Positions 18,690-27,715 of a stretch of 64,000 bases of DNA are shown piece by piece; within the stretch, counting starts at the first letter, position 1, and each line of letters starts with the position of its first letter. The stretch covers positions 552 to 64,551 of the forward strand of contig RFHU01000278.1 of assembly GCA_003695705.1 (NCBI GenBank), written 5' to 3'. Under the pieces are notes generated by a model that was given only the letters and a program-made list of their open reading frames with translations, was not told the DNA's origin and searched no databases. Both the position numbers and the translations under genes were made by a program. The stretch is from Planctomycetota bacterium (lineage in GTDB: Bacteria > Planctomycetota > J058).

Positions 18690-19075
18690 ACCACCCCTCC
18701 CCCGAGGCCCTGCTCGACCTTGCCCTCGACCTTCTGCCTCCGAGCGAGGCAGAGGGACTGCGGCGGCACGTGGAGGAATGCCCTCGCTGTGCGGCCGCGT
18801 GCGCGCGCCTCGCCGAGGAGCAAGAGGTCCTTCGCGAGGGCCTCGCGCCGCACACCCCGCCGCCAGAACTCGTGGGGCGGGTCCGCTCCGCGGTCGCGCG
18901 GGAGCGCGCGCGTCCGCGCCCGACCCGCCGCGCCCAGTGGCTCGCCGCCGCGGTCGTCCTCATCGCGGCTGGGATGGGCTGGGTCCTTCTCGGCGCGCGC
19001 CCAACGCCCAAGCAGCAGCTCCTGATGCAGGTCCGGCGAAGCGAACTCCTCGCCCTGCAGGAGGAGCGTCCATGA
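18686..19075 (+). CDS. Anti-sigma factor (zf-HC2 type) with one TM helix
   Basis: ATG at 18686 overlaps the sigma stop (ATGA). HVEECPRCAAAC is an H-x3-C-x2-C motif. TM segment WLAAAVVLIAAGMGWVLLG. Confidence 0.8.
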   Translation: MNHPSPEALLDLALDLLPPSEAEGLRRHVEECPRCAAACARLAEEQEVLREGLAPHTPPPELVGRVRSAVARERARPRPTRRAQWLAAAVVLIAAGMGWVLLGARPTPKQQLLMQVRRSELLALQEERP

Positions 19076-19905
19076 CCTCCCGGGGCAAGCGCCTCCTGGC
19101 GGTCGCTGCGACCGCGCTCCTCGCCGGCGGCGCGAGCGAGGCCGGTGTCGTCGTCCTCCGAGACGGCTCGGTCCTCGTCGGACGGCTCCGCCCTCGAGAC
19201 GTGCAGCCGACGCGCCTCGTTCTCCACGAGCCCGACGGAGCGCCCGGGAGCATTGCCATCGAGCGTGCGCGCGTACGCTGGTTCGATCCCAAGGCCGACA
19301 CGTTGACCGACGACTACTTTCGCGCCCACCCCAGCGCCCCCCTGCGCGGGCGCCGCTGGATCGATCTGCGCGAGCGCTGGCTCGCGCGCGAGCGCGATCG
19401 CCGCCGCTGGGAGCTCGACCCGCCCCTGTGGGTCGGCGTCGACGCCGCGGCCCTCGACCCGGTCCCCGTCGCCGGGCCCGGCTTTCGCCTGCGCAAGCCG
19501 GCCGGCTGGAACGCGCGCCTGCAGGACGGCATCCTCGTCCTCGAGGCTCCTCGCCGCGACGCCACGGGCTACCGGCCGCGCATTCACGTCTTCTCGGCGC
19601 CGGCCGCCAGCGCCAGTCCCGCAGCGCAGGTGGAGTGGATCCATCAGGAGTTGCTGCGGGTCGCCGGTCGCCCGGGGCGCTTCGAGGTGCTCGAACTCCA
19701 CCGGCCCCGCGCTCATGCCGCGGGCAGCGACCAGCGCCTGCTGACCGAGACCCGCACCGAGCTTCGCACCCTGCACGCCCTGCGGCAGGTGTGTTTTCGG
19801 TCCCACCGCACGGTCCTGTTCGCCGCCTACGCCGACGCGCGGAGTTTTTCCCGCCACCAAGCGCGCTTCGAAGCCTCCCTCGCCACCCTGGAAGCGGATG
19901 ATTGA
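19072..19905 (+). CDS. Secreted hypothetical protein, third gene of the ECF operon
   Basis: ATG at 19072 overlaps the anti-sigma stop (ATGA). Signal peptide KRLLAVAATALLAGGASEA. Protein-like composition. Confidence 0.7.
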   Translation: MTSRGKRLLAVAATALLAGGASEAGVVVLRDGSVLVGRLRPRDVQPTRLVLHEPDGAPGSIAIERARVRWFDPKADTLTDDYFRAHPSAPLRGRRWIDLRERWLARERDRRRWELDPPLWVGVDAAALDPVPVAGPGFRLRKPAGWNARLQDGILVLEAPRRDATGYRPRIHVFSAPAASASPAAQVEWIHQELLRVAGRPGRFEVLELHRPRAHAAGSDQRLLTETRTELRTLHALRQVCFRSHRTVLFAAYADARSFSRHQARFEASLATLEADD

Positions 19906-19907
19906 GG

Positions 19908-19935
19908 CCGGAGGGCGGGCGGCCGTCCCCTCCGG
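19908..19935 (+). terminator. Hairpin immediately after the stop (CCGGAGGG ... CCCTCCGG)
   Basis: An 8-bp perfect stem starts 3 nt after the TGA at 19903-19905. Confidence 0.4.
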
Positions 19936-20369
19936 TGCGGAAGGGCGGCCCGGCGTCGCGAAACCACGCCCCGAAGGCGTTCGACGCGCTCTCTGGCTGC
20001 GGCGCCGCGGGGTGGGCCGACGGTCCGCTCGCGATCCCCGTCCCGCTCGCGGAGCGGTGGGGCGGGGCGACGAGCGCACGCCCACGGGCACCGACCGGCC
20101 TCGGGAGGTCGGCCGGTTCCGCAGGTCCTCGACGTAAGACCGACCTGGCGAGTGTCCGGTTCTCCGGACAGTGTTCGGCCGCACCTTCGGTCGCCTTTGC
20201 GGTTGCGCTTCGTCCCCGGCCGGTACTGCGGTTGCGAGGTCGAGGACCGCCGACGGCGGCGTTCCTCGCGGCGAGCGGTCCTCGAGCCCCTCTTCGAGTC
20301 CGCGCGCTGGTTCTCCTCGCACGTCCCCCAGCCGAGGAGACGCCGAGGGACGTGCCAGCGAGCACGGAA

Positions 20370-20398
20370 GAGGGGCCGCCCTGCAGGGGCGGCCCCTC
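20370..20398 (-). terminator. GC-rich hairpin downstream of the amidase gene (GAGGGGCCGCCC / GGGCGGCCCCTC, 5-nt loop)
   Basis: A 12-bp perfect stem lies 37 nt beyond the minus-strand stop at 20435. Confidence 0.5.
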
Positions 20399-20434
20399 GC
20401 TCGCTGGCGTTGGAACGCCGGCGCGGCGCCGACC

Positions 20435-22066
20435 CTACCGCGCCGCAGGCGATGGCCGACGGTCTTCCAGCGCTGCGCCCACGGCTCCCGACAGGCCCGC
20501 GGCGTGGGGACCTTGGCCCGGTCCCGGGACGGCGAAGGAGATCCAGGCGCTCCAGAGGACCTCACCTCCCGCGCGGACCCCGACCCGCCAGCGGTATTCC
20601 CCCCCGGGCAGGGCAGAGAGGGCCGCCTCGCGGGCGGAGGAACCCCATACCCGGTCGACCACCCGGCGGCCGTCGGCGCGTTCGACCTGCAGGCGGACCC
20701 CTTCGGTCGGGCCGTGGACTCCGGCGGCCAGTCGCCAGCGGACGAGGACGGGCGCCGACGCCGCGTCCTCGAGGGTTCCGACCGGGGAGAGGCCCTCCAC
20801 GCGGGGGGCCTCGACCCGGAAGCGCTGCCACGGGGTGAAGGCGGGGTTGCCGCGACCGTCGTAGCCCATGACCCGCCAGCGGTAGACGCGTCCGGGGCTC
20901 AGGCGCGCAGGGAGCAGGTGGGCCGTGGCGGGGCCGTTGAGTTCCTTGCTGTCGTAGACGATCCGTTCGGGTCGGGCGTCCTCGGCGACGAACACGCGGA
21001 AGCTGGCTTGCGCCTCGCCGTCGTCTTCGTAGCGCCAACGGACCACCGGCGCTCCCACGGTGGCGTCCCCGTCGAGGGGCCAACGGGGCGTGACCCGTGG
21101 CGGGAGGAAGTCCGTCCGGAAGGACACCCACGGGCCGGCGACCCGCCGAAGACCGTCCTGGGCCACGAGCCGCCACCGGTAGCGGCGCCCGTGGCGGAGC
21201 CTGGCCGCGACGCGATGGCTCGTCGCGGCCGCGGAGAGGGGCGCCGATTCGTAGCGGGCTCCGCCCTCTCCTTCCTCTTGGAGTTGCACGCGCAGCGCCT
21301 TCGGCGCCGGGTCGGCCCGGGTCCACTCGAGGAGCAGGCCGGGGTAGCCCGATGCCGCGTCCCCTTCCCGCCAACGGACGTGGAGTAGGCCCACGAGTTG
21401 GTCTCCGCCCGGACGCAGGGGGGCGGGGGGTCGCGGGCCGAGGCGCGGGACCGGGTGCGCCGTGCCGGCAGGACCTGCGACGCGTGGCGCGGAGTCTCCC
21501 GCGGCGTTCGGTCGGTCGTCCCCGTCGCCGCGCACCAGGCGCATGTAGAGGTCCCAGTCGAAATGGGGCCCGGGGTCGGTGCGATGCCGCGTTCCGGGGA
21601 CCTCGACGTGGCCGATGATGTGGTCGCGGTCCTTGGGGATCCCGTAGCGGTCGCACAGCCAGCGGACGAGGGCCGCCGAGGCGCGGTACTGCGCCTCGGT
21701 CCACTGGTTCCGCGCGGCGTAGCCCGCGTGCTCGATTCCGATGCTGTTTCGGTTGAAGCCGCGCGCGTGCCAGGCGACGTCTTCGTCGCGCACGGCTTGG
21801 GTGATGCTCCCGTCGAAGTCGACGATGTAGTGTGCGCTGACCCGTGCCCGCGGGTTCTTGAACCAGTTGCGTGCGCTCGCAGCGCTCCCTTCGATCGTGT
21901 GGAGCACCACGTGCGTGATGCGGCGCGTACCCGTGCGCGTCTGGTTTGCGGGATGCGCGGAGTCGAAGCGCACCGGAGGTCGGTCCTGAGCGGCCCCGGG
22001 GGAAGCACCCCCCATTGCGGTTGCGAAGGTCGCGAGCAAGGTCCAACAACGACGCCCAAAGGTCAT
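20435..22066 (-). CDS. Secreted N-acetylmuramoyl-L-alanine amidase (Amidase_2/PGRP type) with three C-terminal beta-sandwich-like repeat modules
   Basis: ATG at 22066. Signal peptide LLATFATAMGGASPGAAQ. Amidase motifs HVVLHTIEGS, SAHYIVDFDGSITQ, AWHARGFNRNSIGIEHAGY, IIGHVEV. Three modules of about 95 aa each end in a YRWR(L/V) motif. Confidence 0.88.
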   Translation of the reverse strand: MTFGRRCWTLLATFATAMGGASPGAAQDRPPVRFDSAHPANQTRTGTRRITHVVLHTIEGSAASARNWFKNPRARVSAHYIVDFDGSITQAVRDEDVAWHARGFNRNSIGIEHAGYAARNQWTEAQYRASAALVRWLCDRYGIPKDRDHIIGHVEVPGTRHRTDPGPHFDWDLYMRLVRGDGDDRPNAAGDSAPRVAGPAGTAHPVPRLGPRPPAPLRPGGDQLVGLLHVRWREGDAASGYPGLLLEWTRADPAPKALRVQLQEEGEGGARYESAPLSAAATSHRVAARLRHGRRYRWRLVAQDGLRRVAGPWVSFRTDFLPPRVTPRWPLDGDATVGAPVVRWRYEDDGEAQASFRVFVAEDARPERIVYDSKELNGPATAHLLPARLSPGRVYRWRVMGYDGRGNPAFTPWQRFRVEAPRVEGLSPVGTLEDAASAPVLVRWRLAAGVHGPTEGVRLQVERADGRRVVDRVWGSSAREAALSALPGGEYRWRVGVRAGGEVLWSAWISFAVPGPGQGPHAAGLSGAVGAALEDRRPSPAAR

Positions 22067-22507
22067 GCGCAGGTCCTCCGCTTTCCCCAGCGCGCAAGGC
22101 GCGTGCCGGGGAGTCCGTCCCCGTCGGGAGAGCCACGGGGACGGCCCAACGGAGCGCGCAAGGGACGCCCACGGCGTGGCCTTCGGACCGTGAGCGGTCC
22201 GAAGGCCGCGGGGCTTCTGGCCCCAGAGCTCGCCGGGGCCCGCCGTCGGCAGGCGCCCCCCGGACCCCACGCCCGGAGCTTCCCCGCTGCCTGCGGCCTT
22301 CGCAATGGGTTGCACCGAGCTCGCTCCGTCCCTCCCGCGCGCCCGTTGGGTGTCGGCGGGCCGACGCCTGCGGGCGGTCCGCGGTCGAGCGCGCGCCACG
22401 CCGGCGCGGGGTCCCCCCCCCGCCGGCGCGCCCGGAGCCCCTTGACGCTTCCCGCGAGAGCGCGCAAGCTCGCGGCCCCTCGCCGGCTGCGCGAGGAAGG
22501 AGGCGGC

Positions 22508-23731
22508 ATGGTCGACAAGCTCCCGGGCAAGGTCCTCGTGGCCCAAGGCGGCGGCCCCACCGCGGTCATCAACCAGAGCTTGGTGGGCGTGGTCCTCGAG
22601 GCCCGGAAGTTCCCGCACATCCGCCAGGTCTACGGGGCGGTCCACGGCGTGCGGGGGATCGTCGACGAGGACTTCCTCGACCTCACCCGAGAGACGACCC
22701 ACAACCTCGAGCTGGTGGCGCGCACGCCCGGGTCGGCCCTCCTCTCGACGCGCGAGAAACCAGACGCCGACTACTGCGCGCGCATGTTCGAGGTGCTGCG
22801 CAAGCACGGCATCCACTACTTCTTCTACATCGGAGGCAACGACTCCTCCGACACCTTGCGCATCGTCAACCAACAGGCCGAGGCGGTGGACTACCCGCTC
22901 CGCTGCGTTCACGTCCCCAAGACCATCGACAACGACTTGATGATGAACGACCACACGCCCGGCTACGGCTCGGCCGCCCGCTTCGTGGCCCGGGCCTTCA
23001 TGGGCGTGAACCTCGACAACCGCGCGCTGGGCGGCGTCTACGTGGGGGTCGTCATGGGCCGGCACGCCGGGTTCTTGGCCGCGGCCTCCTCCCTCGCGCG
23101 CAAGTACCTCGACGACGGCCCGCACTTGATCTACTGCCCGGAGCGCCCCTTCGATCCCGAGCGCTTCCTCGCCGACGTCGACGCCGTCTACAAGCGTCAC
23201 GGGCGTTGCATCGTCGCGGTCTCCGAAGGCATCGCCGACGCTCAGGGCCGCCCGATCATCACCACGCTCAAGGACATGGGCGCCGACGACCACGGCAACG
23301 TGCAGCTCTCCGGGACCGGCGTCCTCGGCGACCTCCTCATGGACCACATCAAGAAGGGTCTTGGCATCAAGCGCGTGCGCTCCGACACCTTCGGCTACCT
23401 CCAGCGCTCCTTCCTTGGCTGCGTGTCCGACCGCGACGCTCGCGAGGCGCGCGAAGTCGGCGAGAAGGCCGTGCAGTACGCCATTTGGGACGACATCGAC
23501 GGTTCGGTTGCCATCCAGCGTCCCGTACGCGACTACTCGGTGGAGTACGAACTCGTCCCCCTCGAGGCCGTCGCCGGAAAGACCCGCCGCATGGACCCCG
23601 AGTTCATCAACGAAGCCGGGAACGACGTCACCGCGGCCTTCCACGCCTACGCCCGTCCCCTCGTCGGCGCAGCGCTGGGCGAGGGGCATCGCCTGCGCGC
23701 CCCTCGCATCGCATCGGTACGCATGGGCTAG
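22508..23731 (+). CDS. 6-phosphofructokinase, PfkA family (phosphoryl donor unresolved; PKTIDND Lys hints at PPi dependence)
   Basis: ATG at 22508 after GAAGGAGG. Motifs: AQGGGPTAVINQS, FFYIGGNDSSDT, VHVPKTIDNDL, PGYGSAARF, MGRHAGFLA. Confidence 0.9.
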   Translation: MVDKLPGKVLVAQGGGPTAVINQSLVGVVLEARKFPHIRQVYGAVHGVRGIVDEDFLDLTRETTHNLELVARTPGSALLSTREKPDADYCARMFEVLRKHGIHYFFYIGGNDSSDTLRIVNQQAEAVDYPLRCVHVPKTIDNDLMMNDHTPGYGSAARFVARAFMGVNLDNRALGGVYVGVVMGRHAGFLAAASSLARKYLDDGPHLIYCPERPFDPERFLADVDAVYKRHGRCIVAVSEGIADAQGRPIITTLKDMGADDHGNVQLSGTGVLGDLLMDHIKKGLGIKRVRSDTFGYLQRSFLGCVSDRDAREAREVGEKAVQYAIWDDIDGSVAIQRPVRDYSVEYELVPLEAVAGKTRRMDPEFINEAGNDVTAAFHAYARPLVGAALGEGHRLRAPRIASVRMG

Positions 23732-24077
23732 AGCGACCTGGGCCGGCCCGTCGTCGCTTCGGCCCCCGCGGGGGGAGCAGGCGCCGCCGGTCGGCCAGGG
23801 CAGGGGCCTCTGGGGCCGTAGGGCGCCCTCCACCAACCTCGCCGCACGGGGCAGCGCACCGACTCGGTCCGAGCGCACGAGATCTCCGCTGTCCGGTCCT
23901 CCCTACCCAGCGCGCGGCGGCCTTTCGGCGACGCGCGGAGCGCTGCGCATCGCTCCGCGACCCATCGCAGGGCCCGCCCCGCGTGCGCTCGCCCATCCTT
24001 TTGCAAAGGACTACGGAGCTCTGCAGGCGAGGAAGAGGTCGTCTGTCGGTTGCGTGGAGTACGTTCGGGCCAACACG

Positions 24078-24791
24078 ATGAACGCACGCCTTTCTCCTTC
24101 TCCCTACGACTCCTCTTCCTCGCTCGAACTGATTCCCGTCGTCGCGAGCGCCAGCCCGCGCGCAGAAGGTGTCCCCCAGGGCGACGCCGAGCAGGACCAT
24201 GCCCTGGCCCTCGCCCGGCTCCTTCCTCCCAGCGAGCACTGGCGCCTCTACGCCGACTTGAAGGACCGTGTGCGCTTCATCGACATCGAGACCACGGGCT
24301 TGGCCCCGGAGGACCTCATCACGCTGGTCGGCATCTCCGACGGCTTCACCTCCACGGTCCTCGTGCGCGGACGCGACCTCCACCGCGAGCGGATGGCCGC
24401 CCTCCTCGACGGGGCCGGCCTCCTGGTCACCTTCAACGGGAAGAGTTTCGACCTGCCCCGCTTGCGGCGCGCCTTTCCCGGGCTGCCCTGGCACCTGCCG
24501 CACTTCGACCTCGCGGTGGAAGGGCGTCGGTTGGGACTCGGCGGAGGTCTGAAGAAGGTCGAGCGACGACTCGGCTACACCCGACCGCGCGACCTGCGCG
24601 GGGTGGACGGCCCCGGCGCCGTCCGCCTCTGGCGCGCCCACTGCCAGGGAGACCCGCGTGCCTTGCGCCGCCTGGTGCGCTACTGCCGCGCGGACGTTCG
24701 TGCGCTGGTACACCTCGCCGAGCGCATCTACGAACGCCTGGAGCGCCGCCACGGCCCCGAGGGCCCCGGCTGGCTCCCTCCGCGAGGCTAG
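24078..24791 (+). CDS. RNase H-fold 3'-5' exonuclease-like protein (YprB/RNase_H_2-like)
   Basis: VRFIDIETTGL (Exo I), LVTFNGKSFDLPRL (Exo II) and YCRADVRALVHL (Exo III-like). Confidence 0.75.
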   Translation: MNARLSPSPYDSSSSLELIPVVASASPRAEGVPQGDAEQDHALALARLLPPSEHWRLYADLKDRVRFIDIETTGLAPEDLITLVGISDGFTSTVLVRGRDLHRERMAALLDGAGLLVTFNGKSFDLPRLRRAFPGLPWHLPHFDLAVEGRRLGLGGGLKKVERRLGYTRPRDLRGVDGPGAVRLWRAHCQGDPRALRRLVRYCRADVRALVHLAERIYERLERRHGPEGPGWLPPRG

Positions 24792-25170
24792 GGGCCGGCC
24801 GGTCGAAGAGGTCGCACGGCGCCTGGGGTCGGGCGCGGACTGCCGGTCGCCGCGCTCGTTGTGCCCTCGCGGGCTGGGCGCCGGTCGCCCCCAGGAAGGG
24901 CTTGCCGGCGCACGTCGTCGGCCGCGTCCCGAAGACCTCGCCGCTCCCGGTCGAGAGGCCTGCGACGAATCCCTTCGTTCGTCGGTTCGCGGGGTCCGTT
25001 CCCGGGGCGCGGTGATCCTGTTGCCTTCCGGGGCGTAGCCCACCGGGAAGCTCCGGGGCACGATCTTGTGCCACGAGCGACCGGGACCGCGGAGGGGAGT
25101 CCGAGCGGCGGCCCCCCGGCGGAAGGGGACGCTTCCGGAGCGCCGGGGACCGCGGACCGCCGCCGGGGGG

Positions 25171-26103
25171 TCAGTCCTTCTCGGAGTTGCCGGGGAGGAT
25201 GCGGGTGATCCCGTATCCCTTCGCCGCGAGCAGGGCGAGGATCCCTTGCTCGCCGGGGTAGTGCAGGACGCCCACCGCGAAGAAGTAGCTCTTCTTCCCC
25301 TTGGCCGCCTCCAGCCGCTCGTGGATGCGGTCTGCCATGCGCACGTTGCGGTCGACCACGAGCAACTTGTAGAGCTTCTTCTCCGTCGGGTCCTCGAGGT
25401 CGAACTCTTCGGTGGCCTTGCGCTCGATGGCCTCGAGGTCTCCCGCGACGTAGAGCTTCAGCAGGTCCTCGCTGGCCTTCTTTCCCTCCTTGGCGGCTTT
25501 CTCGAGTTGCTCGAGCGTGTCTTCGAGCTGCCGCGCCTGCTCTTCGAGGGTGAGCGATTCGAACACCGAGAGCTGCTCGTCGGGGGTCTCCAGGCCTCCG
25601 ACTTCCTTGCCCTTCTGCTTGGACAGGCTGTAGAGGAGCTGGTCGAGGGGCTTCGCGCCCATCTGGAGCTCCATCATGTAGTCGAGCTGCTGGAGCTGGG
25701 CGGAGACCGCCCAGGGCTTCATCCGCTGCAAGGCGGGAACGAGCATCCCCAGGCCCCGCCCCGAGAGGTAGTCCCCGAGTCGCTTGTAGGTCTTCTCGGG
25801 AAGGACCTGCTGCAGGGTCTTGCCGGCCGGGAGCATCATGCGGGGCATGAGCTGCGCCTGAAGCTCCGGTTCGAGGGCGAGTTCGCCGTAGAAGGCGTCC
25901 ACCTCGTCGAGGGCCTCGCGCACGACGCTCGGCAGCGTGGTGACGCGCTTGTCCGGGACGTGCATCGTCCCGTAGAGGTAGGAAGGAGGCTCGGTGTCGA
26001 GCTTCCAGAGGAAGGGTTTCTCGGTGGGCGCGGGCTGGGCGTGCGCCAGACCGGCCAGGACGAACAGCGAACAGGAAGCGACCGCCAGCAGACGAAGGGA
26101 CAT
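25171..26103 (-). CDS. TraB/GumN family protein, secreted
   Basis: ATG at 26103. Signal peptide LLAVASCSLFVLAGLAHA. FLWKL...PSYLYGTMHV family signature. C-terminal FFAVGVLHYPGEQGIL. Confidence 0.85.
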   Translation of the reverse strand: MSLRLLAVASCSLFVLAGLAHAQPAPTEKPFLWKLDTEPPSYLYGTMHVPDKRVTTLPSVVREALDEVDAFYGELALEPELQAQLMPRMMLPAGKTLQQVLPEKTYKRLGDYLSGRGLGMLVPALQRMKPWAVSAQLQQLDYMMELQMGAKPLDQLLYSLSKQKGKEVGGLETPDEQLSVFESLTLEEQARQLEDTLEQLEKAAKEGKKASEDLLKLYVAGDLEAIERKATEEFDLEDPTEKKLYKLLVVDRNVRMADRIHERLEAAKGKKSYFFAVGVLHYPGEQGILALLAAKGYGITRILPGNSEKD

Positions 26104-26304
26104 GAAGGCTCCTCTCCCGGCGCGGCGCCTGCGAACTCCTCGGAAGGGCTGTTCCCTCTCCGGCCCGACACAGGCCAGCGGGTCCCTTTGCCCTGCCTCG
26201 AAGCTTCCCGGGAGCGGCCGACCGGGGGGAGGGACTATACCCTAGCCGGTGGTCGGAGGGGGCTCCCGCTCCGTTTCCTCCGACCGGATCCCCGCGCGGG
26301 AGGC

Positions 26305-27051
26305 TCAGGGCCCGGGCTCGGCGACGGGGGGGAAGGCCGGCCCTGCCGCCTCCTCCAAGAGCGGCAGGAGGGTACCTTCCAAGCGCCGGAAGAGCTCCCC
26401 GGTGGCGCGGGCGTCCCCCAGCGCGTAGCGCCCGATGGTCTCGACCTCTCCACGCTCGTAGGCCGCGGCCACGCCGGCCCCGTCGAGCTCGCCCTTGGGC
26501 GAGGGGACGCCGAAGACGTGGCACCAGTAGTCCAAGCCGTAGGTCCCCCGGCTGGCGCCGAAGAAGCCGAGGACGTCGAGCAGGTCGCAGTGCGGACGGA
26601 GAGAACGGCGGCCTGCCAGGTAGACCGATGGACGCAGTCCGAGCACGGCCGAGCGCAGCATGAGGATGGGGCCGTCGAAGCCCCTCCCGTTGAAACTCAC
26701 CAGTCGGCTCCCCTGCGCGACGCGCGCCCCCACGCGGTCCCAGAACTCACGCAACAGCTCCGCCTCGCTGCGGCAGCGAACGATCTCTCCTTGTTCGTCG
26801 TGGGCGCGGTGGACGCCGGTCGGAGAGGACGGATCGAGGAAGAGGCGCGCGGTGTCTCCCTCTCCTCCCCAGAGACCGACGGCGATGACGCCGGCGAGTC
26901 CGGGCCTCAGTCCGACGGTTCCCGCCGCCCGAGACCTCGCATCCTCGACGCTCCGGCCTCGCTCGCGTCGAGCGAGGTAGTCGCGAACCGCCGGGGACAA
27001 GGCGTCCCAGTCCGCGTAGGTCTCGATGTCGAAGGCGAGCATGCTCTCCAC
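26305..27051 (-). CDS. Predicted 3'-5' exonuclease related to the PolB exonuclease domain (COG3298-like)
   Basis: MLAFDIETYAD (Exo I), LVSFNGRGFDGPIL (Exo II), YALGDARATGELF (Exo III). Start is either the GTG at 27051 or the ATG at 27042. Confidence 0.75.
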   Translation of the reverse strand: MESMLAFDIETYADWDALSPAVRDYLARRERGRSVEDARSRAAGTVGLRPGLAGVIAVGLWGGEGDTARLFLDPSSPTGVHRAHDEQGEIVRCRSEAELLREFWDRVGARVAQGSRLVSFNGRGFDGPILMLRSAVLGLRPSVYLAGRRSLRPHCDLLDVLGFFGASRGTYGLDYWCHVFGVPSPKGELDGAGVAAAYERGEVETIGRYALGDARATGELFRRLEGTLLPLLEEAAGPAFPPVAEPGP

Positions 27052-27076
27052 GCCATCACCCTACCTCGCAGGTCGG

Positions 27077-27664
27077 TCACCTGCGCCGGGCGAGCAGGCG
27101 GGCTTCGTGGCGGCCCTCCTCGGTCCAGCCCTCCTCGCAGAACAGGATTTCGAGCTCGGTCGGGACCCTGCGGGCGAGCTCTCCCTCCTCGAGCAGGAAG
27201 CGCGGTCCGGGGCGAGGATGCCGCGCGAGGTTCGCGCGGGTGGGCTGAGCAAAGAGGAACAGGCCGTCGGGAGCCAAGGACGCCGCGATGCGGGGGAACA
27301 GACTTCGCTGCAGGTAGTCGGTGCACACCACGAGGTTCCAAGGCCCCGCAGGCAGCGGCTCTTCTTCGAGGTCGGAGGCCACCAGGGACATCGCTACGCC
27401 CGCGCGGCGCGCTGCGCGTTCTGCGCGCTCCAGCCCGACGGGCGAGATGTCGACGAGCGTCACCTCGAGCCCCCGCCGCGCGAGCCACACCGCGTTGCGG
27501 CCTGCGCCGCCGGCTACGTCCAGGGCGCGTCCCGAGGGAGGGAAGAGCTTCGCGTAGACGGGTTGCGAGGCCACCCAGGCAAGGAAGGGATGGGGACGGT
27601 CGTGTGTTTCCTCCCGGCGCGCGCGGTGCCTCGTGTCCCAGCGTTCGCGGTCAGCGCGTGCCAT
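27077..27664 (-). CDS. Class I SAM-dependent methyltransferase (TehB-like small MTase)
   Basis: RALDVAGGAGRNAVWLARRGLEVTLVDIS is SAM motif I plus the acidic post-I residue. The ATG at 27664 is preferred over the TTG at 27682. Confidence 0.8.
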   Translation of the reverse strand: MARADRERWDTRHRARREETHDRPHPFLAWVASQPVYAKLFPPSGRALDVAGGAGRNAVWLARRGLEVTLVDISPVGLERAERAARRAGVAMSLVASDLEEEPLPAGPWNLVVCTDYLQRSLFPRIAASLAPDGLFLFAQPTRANLARHPRPGPRFLLEEGELARRVPTELEILFCEEGWTEEGRHEARLLARRR

Positions 27665-27715
27665 CGAGGAAGGCCGAGGCAACGAAGTCCGTTTGCTCCC
27701 CCTCCCAGCAGCGGC

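Noticed and set aside
20153-20170. GGTTC-containing stem-loop considered as a tRNA T-arm
   Set aside because: The loop is only 4 nt, and no acceptor, D or anticodon arms can be built around it. I recognised no tRNA anywhere in the window.
17221-20565. 1114-aa minus-strand ORF across lipB, the ECF sigma operon and the following gap
   Set aside because: It is Arg/Gly/Pro-rich junk antisense to well-supported genes. No start context or domain signature.
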